From: Armatimonadota bacterium
Lineage (GTDB): Bacteria > Armatimonadota > HRBIN16
Length of the DNA: 64,000 nt
Reading direction: 5' to 3'
Assembly: GCA_963677485.1 (NCBI GenBank)
Contig: OY781964.1
Coordinates: 3,808,001-3,872,000 of the forward strand
Translations under genes and position numbers: made by a program
Part shown: piece after piece, positions 40,987 through 49,976 of the stretch
Position numbering within the stretch: the stretch's first letter is position 1
Layout: every line of letters begins with the position of its first letter
The notes under the pieces: model-generated
Seen by the model: only the letters and a program-made list of their open reading frames with translations
The model's database searches: none
Told to the model about the DNA's origin: nothing

Positions 40987-41922
40987 ATGATATCAGTACG
41001 AATACCTGCAACCTCCGCCAACCTAGGGCCAGCTTTTGACTGCATGGGTGTGGCACTGGACTTGTGGAACACATTTGAACTTCGGCGGCAAGGCCCGGCA
41101 GGTCAGGTGGCTGTGCGCACCCTGGGCGAGGGCGAAGATCGGCTTCCTGGTGACGAAACGAACCTGATCGTGACCATCATCAAGCACGAACTAGGGGCGA
41201 TGTATAGTCAGCTTCCTCACGGTTTGCACATCGCGTGCTATAACAGCGTGCCCTGTGCCAGCGGTCTGGGCAGTAGCTCGACGGCGGTACTGGCCGGGAT
41301 CATCTTCGCTGAGGCGTTGCGGTTAACCCCGCACAATGAGGATTTCGACCCGGACTGCATCGACATGCAGTTGGTGCTTCAACGCGCCCTTGAGGTAGAG
41401 GGGCACGGCGATAATGTGGGCCCAGCGCTGAAAGGTGGCGTCGCTCTGATCATGCCCGACAAAGAGGGCATTGTGGCGCAGCAGATGGAATTTACACCTT
41501 TCCGAGTGACGGTGTGTGTGCCCGATTTTAACTACCTCACGGAAACGGCACGAGCCCGCCTGCCCAAAGAGATTCCTTACCGTGATGCGGTGTTTAACAT
41601 CGGTCATGCGATGCTGACAGCCCAGGCTCTGCGATTTGGCGACATGGAGCTGTTGCAAAAGGCTATGCGTGACAAACTGCATGAACCATACCGAATCCCC
41701 GACATCCCCGGTGCAAATGAAGCCCGTCGGGCTGCTCTGGATGCCAATGCGGTGGCCGTCGCGTTGTCTGGTGCAGGACCTGGCTTGATCGCATTCGCTG
41801 CCGAAGGCCATGCGGCTATTGGCAAGGCGATGAGCGAGGCGTTTGGCAAGGCCGGCTTGGTGGCTCGCTGGTGGGCTATCGACGCGGTTGAGTCCGGGCT
41901 CAGCGTCCGCAGACTACCGTAA
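40987..41922 (+). CDS. thrB: homoserine kinase
   Basis: RIPATSANLGPAFDCMG, P.ASGLGSSS, EGHGDNV, LSGAGP. Confidence 0.95.
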   Translation: MISVRIPATSANLGPAFDCMGVALDLWNTFELRRQGPAGQVAVRTLGEGEDRLPGDETNLIVTIIKHELGAMYSQLPHGLHIACYNSVPCASGLGSSSTAVLAGIIFAEALRLTPHNEDFDPDCIDMQLVLQRALEVEGHGDNVGPALKGGVALIMPDKEGIVAQQMEFTPFRVTVCVPDFNYLTETARARLPKEIPYRDAVFNIGHAMLTAQALRFGDMELLQKAMRDKLHEPYRIPDIPGANEARRAALDANAVAVALSGAGPGLIAFAAEGHAAIGKAMSEAFGKAGLVARWWAIDAVESGLSVRRLP

Positions 41923-41929
41923 GCCGTCG

Positions 41930-42547
41930 TTGAGCCTTCTACAGAGACGGATTCAACAAGCAGCCCCACTGTCACCCTATCTAGCGGTGATGGTGGGGCT
42001 GTTAGCATTCAGGAGCGCCTGGCTGGCCGTGTTGTGCTACCAGATACTGGCGCTGCTGGTGGTGTTGGTCTGCCGTCCTTCGGTTGGAGTGCTCAAGCCG
42101 AAGTCATCGGCAATCACGGGTGTGGCGCTGTTATTTGTGCTCACAGGAGTGCTACTTGCAGTCATCGCACCTTTCATTCTAGAAACCGGACAGTTATCCC
42201 AGCGGATGGGTGCGGTCGGGTTGAATGGCGGGAACTACATAGGATTTGCGGTGTGGTTCAGCCTGATAAACCCTGTTTTGGAGGAGCTGCTCTGGCGTGG
42301 TGTTCTTTTACGGCACGGACTGAGGCCATGTGCCATGGATGCCGGTTTTGGCGGGTATCACGCCGTGGTGATTTTCAGCTTGCTGTCATGGCCATGGGCG
42401 GTGGCTGCATTTGCGGGCTGCAGCATAGCAGGATGGTTGTGGCGGGTGATGTGCCTCAAAAGCGAAGGCCTTGTGCTGCCGATGCTGGCTCATTTCCTGG
42501 CAGACGCCAGCATCATGGCGGCGGTGTGGTGGTTTTGCTACCGGTGA
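41930..42547 (+). CDS. CPBP family intramembrane glutamic endopeptidase (start uncertain)
   Basis: multiple TMs; EELLWRG, FGGYH, HFLAD motifs. Confidence 0.8.
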   Translation: MSLLQRRIQQAAPLSPYLAVMVGLLAFRSAWLAVLCYQILALLVVLVCRPSVGVLKPKSSAITGVALLFVLTGVLLAVIAPFILETGQLSQRMGAVGLNGGNYIGFAVWFSLINPVLEELLWRGVLLRHGLRPCAMDAGFGGYHAVVIFSLLSWPWAVAAFAGCSIAGWLWRVMCLKSEGLVLPMLAHFLADASIMAAVWWFCYR

Positions 42548-42616
42548 GTGTTATTCGGCGGCACTGCATCGGACGGATTGGTCTCATCCGTCCAGTGCAG
42601 TGCCAACCTTGAACAG

Positions 42617-44791
42617 CTACTTTGCTGACAACTTGAACCAGCGGGTATCACCTTTGATGAAATTCGCGGTGATGATCTGGCCCGACTGCTTCACAATGCT
42701 GCCAGTGAGCGGTTTGGCCTTGATACCTAACGGCAAGTAAATGCTCTTCGGACCGGGTTTGTCGGTATGGATCATCAGCCACTGACCGTCTGTCTGCACC
42801 ACTGAGCCGTCACGTGTCCAGGTGTGTACACCGGCATTGGTAAACAGTTTGGTCAGTAGCTGCGATGTCAAACCCAGGCTGCCTAGGTAGATGCTGGTGT
42901 GTTGGCCTGTCCGTTTGATAGCCGCGCTTGGCTTACCATCAGGATAGTGTCCCACTATTTTCGCTGCTTTGTCTGCGATGACCAGACGGGGCTTAAGCGT
43001 CAAGTCCGGTGCCCACTTCAATCCCTTCAACAACCCTTCACCGATGCTGTTTTGCTTGCCGTTAAGCTGTCGAAGAAATATGCCCGTCAGCCGTGAAGAC
43101 TGCCTGGCGTCGATGGCATTCCCATTCAAGCATCCTGAGGCGTAGTGCCAGATCGCTGTGGCCTTCTCGCGATCCAGCCGTGCATTGATGAGGCTTGTTT
43201 GTTCGGGCGTGACAGCAAATGTGTTGGGGAACAGGTAGAGCTTGCACTTGGGTACCAACCCAGTAATGAAGTCCTGCAGGGTGTAGTATCCCACGGAGGC
43301 ACCCGACCTACCGCACTGGTTACGCAGGTCGATCAATGACCAGAAGAAGGCATCCCAGTCGCTCTTGACATAGAGCTTGGAGTGTTCGTCCAGGATGACA
43401 GCCACTTCAGGCCGGTAGGGTTTGGGGTTGTTGTAGACATCTTGATACATCGGGAGCCGCTTCTTCAACATTGCCCAGGGCGCTGGGTCGTTGAAAGCAC
43501 CAGCGCCCGACAGGTCCATCCACCAGGTGGCCGCGCGGTGAACCAGCAGGTTGCCGAAGTTGCGGTCCAACAAATTGATGGTAGTTTGCGTGCTTTGTGA
43601 GCGCACGCCAAACAGATCGTCCACCAGCCAAGAGGGCACGGCCGTTTGATCAACCAGATTCGTGCGGATGTCATCTTCGTTCAGCCAGAGCTTCTTGTGC
43701 AGCGGGATGGAGTCGACCGGCGACATGAACCCGGCCGGTTCGCCTACGGTTCGACCGTAGTAGGGGACCGGGCTCATCAACACGTCCACATCAGGCGACT
43801 TCATCAGCTTTTGAAGTGCGCTGTGTGCGCCGAAGCTGCCGATCAGCTCAGAGGTGTAGCCGTAACAAAAGATGGAGAGCTTCTTTCGGTTGGTTTCACG
43901 CTTAATCAGTTTCGCCCAGTCCTGCAGCCGGCTGATGGCCAGCTCACTCACATATTCGCTGTAGTCCACCCACGCGCGCTCACGGGGCAAGCTGTAGAAA
44001 ACATTAATCATCTTGCCCGGCCCTTGATAGTGCATCGGGAAGCGGCCTGGCTCACCCACCGGCACCTCGGCGGTGTCAAGCCTGATTGCTCGGTTTGCCC
44101 AAGCCTTTTGCAGCTTCGCATCCGAGCCGTAGCGGGCAATCAGCCACTGCCGGAACCGCACCTGGCTGGGACGGCTAACATCTGGCCCCTTCTCACGGAA
44201 CTGGTAGGGGAACATCTCAAACTCAGGCCCGCCGACATGGTAGCCGACGATGCGGTTGCCATAAGGACCGTCCTCAACATAGCGGATGAGCTCGGAAAGA
44301 CCGCGGTTGGAGAGCTTCCAGTAGTAGTCTGACGCCAGCGATATGGGACCGCGGGTGCCATCGGCGTAGAGCATAGTCTCTTCATTTGGAATGTCCTTCC
44401 ACTCCGGCCAGGAAGGGTTCGGTCCGGGCCAGATGCGTAGGATGAACAGTGCCTTGCTATCCTTATCTACAAACGACTGCATGATCTCGTTCAGGCCGGT
44501 GAAGTCTTTCCCGTTTGGTATAAAGGAGGTTGGGATCAGCATAGAGTATATATGCACACCCGCAATGGCGGAGAGCACCACCTGAGGGTTCTGAAACCGC
44601 TCAATATACCCCGTGCTTTGATGCGTGTTGTAGAAGAACACGAAAGGGAGCGTAGGCTTGTTGTTGATGATCAGTCGCGATACGCCGTTTTGTGTAGACA
44701 CACTCGCCGTTAAGCCTGAAGCTGATTGCGCGATAGACGATACCAGCAATAAGGTGGTTGCCAGCCCGATACATATTCGAAGCTTATTCAC
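42617..44791 (-). CDS. secreted GH42-like (beta-galactosidase-like) protein
   Basis: signal peptide; FRQWL..RYGSDAKLQKAW, NEDDIRT, EVAVILDE; homologous to 54534-57317. Confidence 0.7.
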   Translation of the reverse strand: MNKLRICIGLATTLLLVSSIAQSASGLTASVSTQNGVSRLIINNKPTLPFVFFYNTHQSTGYIERFQNPQVVLSAIAGVHIYSMLIPTSFIPNGKDFTGLNEIMQSFVDKDSKALFILRIWPGPNPSWPEWKDIPNEETMLYADGTRGPISLASDYYWKLSNRGLSELIRYVEDGPYGNRIVGYHVGGPEFEMFPYQFREKGPDVSRPSQVRFRQWLIARYGSDAKLQKAWANRAIRLDTAEVPVGEPGRFPMHYQGPGKMINVFYSLPRERAWVDYSEYVSELAISRLQDWAKLIKRETNRKKLSIFCYGYTSELIGSFGAHSALQKLMKSPDVDVLMSPVPYYGRTVGEPAGFMSPVDSIPLHKKLWLNEDDIRTNLVDQTAVPSWLVDDLFGVRSQSTQTTINLLDRNFGNLLVHRAATWWMDLSGAGAFNDPAPWAMLKKRLPMYQDVYNNPKPYRPEVAVILDEHSKLYVKSDWDAFFWSLIDLRNQCGRSGASVGYYTLQDFITGLVPKCKLYLFPNTFAVTPEQTSLINARLDREKATAIWHYASGCLNGNAIDARQSSRLTGIFLRQLNGKQNSIGEGLLKGLKWAPDLTLKPRLVIADKAAKIVGHYPDGKPSAAIKRTGQHTSIYLGSLGLTSQLLTKLFTNAGVHTWTRDGSVVQTDGQWLMIHTDKPGPKSIYLPLGIKAKPLTGSIVKQSGQIITANFIKGDTRWFKLSAK

Positions 44792-44967
44792 GTTGATCTC
44801 CGGTTGTGGGATGTATCCTAATATTAGGTAGATTCAGTCATACTTCCTGCATACTTTACTATGAGTTTGTGTAAAATCGTAAACCGGTAACGTTAGGCAA
44901 GCGCATCCTTTAATGAGTGTGATATGATGCTTACAGACAATATTGCTTCGAGTGGAGAATAAACGAA

Positions 44968-46491
44968 ATGCCATTCAAAAATCCCATCATTCCAGGCTTT
45001 CACCCTGACCCCAGCATCTGCCGAGTGGGTGACGATTACTACCTAGTGACCAGCTCATTCGAGTATTTCCCAGGGATACCGATACATCACAGCAAGGACC
45101 TGGTGAACTGGCGGCTGATAGGGCACTGCCTGACGCGCGACAGCCAGCTTGATGTGAATAGATCCGACTTCAACAGCGGCTTGTACGCCCCTGCACTGCG
45201 GTATCACGATGGGTTATTTTATATGGTTTGCACCAATGTGAGCCGACGTCCCCAACGAGCTCACTTCTACGTGACCGCCACCGATCCGGCTGGCCCATGG
45301 AGCGACCCGGTTTGGATAGAGGGGGAGTGTTTCGACCCTGACCTGTTCTGGGACGATGATGGCCGATGCTACTTTTTGCACATGGACCACATCCAGGGCG
45401 GTATCTACATGCAGGAGATCGACTTGCCAAGTGGCGAGCTGCTGGGTGAGGAGCGGCAGGTGTGGGCTGGTTTTGAAGACCCCGCGTGTGAGGGGCCGCA
45501 CCTGTTCAAGATCAATGGCTGGTACTATCTCTTTTGCGCCGAGGGTGGCACCGGGCGGGGACATATGTCTTGTGTCAGCCGCAGCCGCGAGCTGTGTGGG
45601 CCATATGAAGGGCATCCCGATAACCCCATCGTCAGCCATCGCTGCGCCGTGTTTGACTATGTGAAGAACGTGGGCCATTGCGATGTGGTGCAGGCTCAGG
45701 ACGGCCGGTGGTGGGTGGTGACCCTGGGTGTACGCACCCATGGCGAACATCATGTGATGGGCCGTGAGACCTTCCTGTCGCCGATGGAGTGGAACGATGA
45801 AGGCTGGCCAGTGATACCAGGCAAGAGGATGCTTCATGAGTGCGAGTTAACGCCGCTGCCGGAGCATCCCTGGCCGGCCAAACCTGAGCGTGATGACTTC
45901 GATTCCGATCAGCTCGATCTTGAGTTCGTCTTTCGGCGAAACCCGCACCGAGAGGACTACAGTCTGACGGCCCGGCCGGGCTATCTCCGGATCATCCCGT
46001 CTTCATCGGGCTTGAACGGCATGAAAACCGGTCGAGTTAAGAGCGTGAACATGGTGTGCCGGCGGCAGGAGCAGTTCCGGTTCGAGGCGAAGTGTTTGAT
46101 GGAGTTTACAGGCGGCAACCATGATGAAGAGGCCGGCCTGACGGTATTCATGAACGATCATTATCACTACTCGGTGTGCATTCGGTATATGGCTAAAGCG
46201 GCCCGGATATTGGTGCATAAAGAGGTTGGTGATATCTCGATCAATGTCGCAAACAAGGCCGCCCCTGCCAGTCCTGTGACGCTGGTGATCAGGGGTGATG
46301 AGGACGCCTACCATCTGGGTTATGAGCTGGATGGCGAGTTTGTGACGCTTGCCAGCGGGATGACAAAGTGCCTTGCTTCTGAGTTTACTGGTGGCTTTGC
46401 CGGCGTGATGATTGGCATTTACGCCACCAACAACGGTAAGCCGAACTACACACCGGCTGACTTCGACTGGTTTGAGTATCGCAACCTGTAG
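44968..46491 (+). CDS. GH43 beta-xylosidase/alpha-arabinofuranosidase
   Basis: NPIIPGFHPDPSICRVGDDYY, FDPDLFWDDDG, EGPHL, AEGGT, GRETFL; C-terminal ConA-like domain. Confidence 0.93.
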   Translation: MPFKNPIIPGFHPDPSICRVGDDYYLVTSSFEYFPGIPIHHSKDLVNWRLIGHCLTRDSQLDVNRSDFNSGLYAPALRYHDGLFYMVCTNVSRRPQRAHFYVTATDPAGPWSDPVWIEGECFDPDLFWDDDGRCYFLHMDHIQGGIYMQEIDLPSGELLGEERQVWAGFEDPACEGPHLFKINGWYYLFCAEGGTGRGHMSCVSRSRELCGPYEGHPDNPIVSHRCAVFDYVKNVGHCDVVQAQDGRWWVVTLGVRTHGEHHVMGRETFLSPMEWNDEGWPVIPGKRMLHECELTPLPEHPWPAKPERDDFDSDQLDLEFVFRRNPHREDYSLTARPGYLRIIPSSSGLNGMKTGRVKSVNMVCRRQEQFRFEAKCLMEFTGGNHDEEAGLTVFMNDHYHYSVCIRYMAKAARILVHKEVGDISINVANKAAPASPVTLVIRGDEDAYHLGYELDGEFVTLASGMTKCLASEFTGGFAGVMIGIYATNNGKPNYTPADFDWFEYRNL

Positions 46492-46700
46492 CGGTTCTTT
46501 GCCATATACCCTGGCCTATAGCGATGGGTTCGGTGGCCCGTCCGTGACTTCGTCGCGGTACGGGCACTGTCACCCATCGCTGATCATTACCGGCCTGCGT
46601 TCCGGCAGGCGTTGGGAGCGGCCATGCGTTGGCCGGAGCGAAGCGACGTCGACCTTTACTCAGGAACCCTGTCTAATAACAACAAATCGTTTATTCACCC

Positions 46701-47111
46701 CCGCGCCTTAAAGGACAGTCTATTACCCACAAATATTGCATGGCCAGTAGGTCACCGATTCCGCGACATAAATGTCTCGGCTATTGAACACCAAGACTTC
46801 TGAAGCAGTCTTCATTAACGTTATCTTTGTCGGCAAGGAGCTCCGCAGCCCGGTTTAGCGGGCTTGTTGATCAACAGCCGAGACATTTATGTCGCGGCAC
46901 ATGGTCGATACGATCCCAATCTGGATTTTTGGGTAATAGACTGCCCTAAAGGACGCGGCTTATTATCCGAAAAGCCGGCTCGAAGCCGGCTGCGATACGC
47001 CGTACGTCGTATTTTGGCAAGCCATCCCTTCTCACACCCGGCCACAGAATTCCGGTAGCCGGCTTTGAGCCGGCTTTTCGTCCAATTAGCCGCAGGGCTT
47101 TCAGCCCGCGG
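46701..47111. repeat. REP doublet (family B) interrupted by MITE
   Basis: left arm CCGCGCC(C/T)TAAAGGACGCGGCT..CGAAAAGCCGGCTCGAAGCCGGCT; right arm AGCCGGCTTTGAGCCGGCTTTTCG..AGCCGCAGGGCTTTCAGCCCGCGG. Confidence 0.7.
46716..46943. mobile_element. 228-bp MITE-like element
   Basis: 14-bp perfect TIR CAGTCTATTACCCA/TGGGTAATAGACTG; flanks CCTTAAAGGA / CCCTAAAGGA (9 of 10 match). Confidence 0.75.
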
Positions 47112-47220
47112 CAGGCCATCAATCGATTCATTATCTATGGATGCCTCAGATATATATGTATGGGTAATTGGCTAGTGGCATCATTCACGGTATGTTGCCC
47201 CTGATATCGTTCCGAACTGA

Positions 47221-47355
47221 GCCGGTCTAGTTGCGCATTCCATCATTGGCCCCAGAGTCGCTGCGGCGATTGGATTACAATCACTGCGCGCTGCCTGTTC
47301 CCACTTCAACGAATGGCTCAACAAGCTTGAGGCACTTCCGCAGCAAACTGTCTAG
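47221..47355 (+). pseudogene. 3' remnant of DUF4276-like gene
   Basis: frame from 47248 reads GPRVAAAIGLQSLRAACSHFNEWLNKLEALPQQTV*; in-frame stop at 47218, no start codon. Confidence 0.6.
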
Positions 47356-47424
47356 TCCTTCCCCCTCACATCCGCAAGTTGCTATACTGAAAGGGTGAGA
47401 AAATGCCCTGGAGGTCTATCGTTT

Positions 47425-48870
47425 ATGCCCGAATATGAAGCCATTGTGGGGATGGAAGTTCACGCCGAACTCCTGACCGAGAGCAAAATGTTCTGCCGTT
47501 GTGCCAACTCCTTTGCCGGTGAGCCCAACAGCCGCTGCTGCCCTGTCTGCATCGGTTTGCCCGGCGCGCTGCCTGTGATGAACAAGAAGGCGGTGGAGCA
47601 TGTGGTGCGCGCCGCGCTTGCACTCAACTGCGATATCTCGATGATTTCCCACTGGCACCGCAAGAACTATTTTTACCCCGACCTTCCCAAGGGCTACCAG
47701 ATTTCCCAATACGGCCTGACCCCAGTAGGCGTAAACGGGCACCTCGACATTGAGGTGGACGGTGAGGCGACCTGTGTGCGCATCAACCGCGTGCATCTGG
47801 AGGAGGACACCGGCAAGCTGTTCCACGTGGAGGGCAGCGACGAGTCCGCAGTCGACTACAACCGCTCGGGTGTGCCGCTGATGGAGATCGTGACGGAGTT
47901 CCCTCCAGATATCCATACCTCCGATCAGGCGAAGGCCTATCTGCAGAAGCTGCGTCAGGTGCTGGTCTGGGTGGGGGCCACCGATGGCCGTATGGAAGAG
48001 GGCAGCCTCCGTTGTGAGCCCAATATCTCCGTGCGCGTGGCGGGTGCGGAAAAATACGGCACCAAAACGGAGATTAAAAACCTGAACTCGTTCCGGCACG
48101 TTCAGGATGGTGTGGAGTTTGAGGTCAAACGGCACATCGCGCTGCTGGAGGATGGTCAGCGCGTGGTGCAGGCCACCCGCGGCTGGAACCCGGACCGCGG
48201 CGAGACCTTCCCCATGCGGACCAAAGAGAGCGAACAGGACTACCGCTATTTCCCCGACCCTGATCTTCTACCGGTGCAGTTCACCGAAGAGTGGCTGGAA
48301 CAGATACGGTCAACCATGCCCGAAATGCCTGAAGTGAAGATGGCGCGCTATATGTCTGAGCTGGATCTGCCCAAGGAGGACGCGACGCAGTTAACCGCAG
48401 AGCGTGTGCTCTCTGAGTTTTTTGATGCGTGCGTGGCGGCCGGTTGCGATGCGAAGGCGGCGGCCAACTGGATCACCGGTGAGCTTTCCCGGCTGATGAA
48501 CCTGGCGGGCATCGGCATTGCAGACCTGAAGGTGACGCCGGAGCACCTGGCAGATCTTCTTGGGCTGTTGAGTGCCAAGAAGATCACCAGCACCGCAGCC
48601 AAGCAGGTGATGGAGCAGTGTTTCGGCACCGGAGACGCTCCGAAGGTGGTGGTGAAGGCTCTGGGGCTGGGTGCCATCAGCGACAGCGGTGAGGTTGAGA
48701 AGATGGTGGATGATGCCATAGATGCCAACCCTGACGTGGTAGAGAAGATCAAGAGCGGTAAGATACCACCAGTGAAGTTCCTGGTCGGCCAGGTGATGAA
48801 AGCGGCCCGCGGGCGCGCAAACGCAGCCGATGTGGAGACAATGATCCTCAAAAAACTTGGCGTTGGATAG
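47425..48870 (+). CDS. gatB: Asp-tRNA(Asn)/Glu-tRNA(Gln) amidotransferase subunit B
   Basis: [51 protein letters not shown]. Confidence 0.97.
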   Translation: MPEYEAIVGMEVHAELLTESKMFCRCANSFAGEPNSRCCPVCIGLPGALPVMNKKAVEHVVRAALALNCDISMISHWHRKNYFYPDLPKGYQISQYGLTPVGVNGHLDIEVDGEATCVRINRVHLEEDTGKLFHVEGSDESAVDYNRSGVPLMEIVTEFPPDIHTSDQAKAYLQKLRQVLVWVGATDGRMEEGSLRCEPNISVRVAGAEKYGTKTEIKNLNSFRHVQDGVEFEVKRHIALLEDGQRVVQATRGWNPDRGETFPMRTKESEQDYRYFPDPDLLPVQFTEEWLEQIRSTMPEMPEVKMARYMSELDLPKEDATQLTAERVLSEFFDACVAAGCDAKAAANWITGELSRLMNLAGIGIADLKVTPEHLADLLGLLSAKKITSTAAKQVMEQCFGTGDAPKVVVKALGLGAISDSGEVEKMVDDAIDANPDVVEKIKSGKIPPVKFLVGQVMKAARGRANAADVETMILKKLGVG

Positions 48871-49789
48871 ACGTCGGGTTTCCCACAGCAATTCGCGAGG
48901 TGCGGCCCGAAGCTCCGGCATCGGGCCACCGCCATCACGCAGATCGGTTCAAGACCAAGCCAAGCGAAGGTTCATCAAACGGGCTATCTTCGGTGCGGTT
49001 GGTTTATGGTGTGGATATGAAGCGGTCACATCTCAGCAGATTGATGTCAACAGCTTCAATGTAGTGCTGCCTCAGCTTCCGGCCAATCTCGACGGCTTTC
49101 GCGTGGTGCAACTGAGTGACCTGCACCGTCGGGGGGCGGCCTCTGATATGCAAATCACGACTGCACTCAAAATGGCGGAAGGGCTGAAGCCTGACATTTT
49201 GGTGCTTACCGGCGACTTTGTGGCCTCAAAACCGGAGAACCTACTGCCTGCCGCAAAGCTGTTGGCAACAGCTCAAGCAAAGCATGGCGTGTATGCGGTA
49301 CTCGGTAACCATGACAACTGGATTAACGGCTCCGTTGTGGCGAAGGCACTGCGCTCTGAGGGTATCAACGTGCTGGTCAACCGCGGCACGCGTCCGGTTG
49401 AAGGACTTTACCTTGCTGGTACCGATGACTGGTGGACGGGGCACCCCGATGTCCCTCGCGCTTTTTTGAAGAAGCGGCCAGATGAGGCAGGTATCTTGCT
49501 GGCGCACAGCCCCAAGAGCAGCGAATCGGTGCCTGAAAGGCCTGTGCTGGTGATCTCTGGCCACACTCACGGCGGCCAAATCTGTATTCCGTTCATCCCC
49601 CGCAACTGGCTGCCTGGTTTGATGGGCTCGCACTACATCGCTGGGTGGTACCGCAACGGCCGCAACATGGTATATGTCAACCGCGGCATCGGCATGGCCG
49701 GCCCGCCCGTGCGGTTCTACTGCCGGCCTGAGATCACCGTGTATGTGTTGCGCCACGAGGCAGGTGCGTCTGAGCTGAAGGTCTGGTAG
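48857..49789 (+). CDS. calcineurin-like metallophosphoesterase (YkuE-like), possible Tat signal
   Basis: [20 protein letters not shown]; KRRFIK followed by hydrophobic stretch. Confidence 0.88.
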   Translation: MALDRRRVSHSNSRGAARSSGIGPPPSRRSVQDQAKRRFIKRAIFGAVGLWCGYEAVTSQQIDVNSFNVVLPQLPANLDGFRVVQLSDLHRRGAASDMQITTALKMAEGLKPDILVLTGDFVASKPENLLPAAKLLATAQAKHGVYAVLGNHDNWINGSVVAKALRSEGINVLVNRGTRPVEGLYLAGTDDWWTGHPDVPRAFLKKRPDEAGILLAHSPKSSESVPERPVLVISGHTHGGQICIPFIPRNWLPGLMGSHYIAGWYRNGRNMVYVNRGIGMAGPPVRFYCRPEITVYVLRHEAGASELKVW

Positions 49790-49960
49790 GGCAACTCCTA
49801 GTGGTTGCCCTGGTCGGATTCATAACCGCAGATAAACGCAGATGGACGCGGAGGGAGGGAAGGCCAATCGGGAGATTGGCGTGCCCAGGGGGCATCTGGT
49901 AGGGGCAGGCCCCTGTGCCTGCCCTTAACCCTGCGGCCTGTGCCTGCCCCAACGTTGTGG
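49786..49960. repeat. cluster of GTAG-type REP palindromes
   Basis: GTAGGGCAACTCCTAGTGGTTGCCCT (its TAG is the stop codon) and GTAGGGGCAGGCCCCTGTGCCTGCCCT at 49899. Confidence 0.7.
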
Positions 49961-49976
49961 ACGCCCCCTTAACCCC

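Noticed and set aside
46612-47131. Short ORFs over the MITE/REP cluster as a transposase
   Set aside because: About 60 aa, no DDE or HUH motif; they are translations of palindromic repeats
49823-49852. CCGCAGATAAACGCAGATGGACGCGG short iterated motif
   Set aside because: Only two to three degenerate units with no associated gene; too little to call a feature
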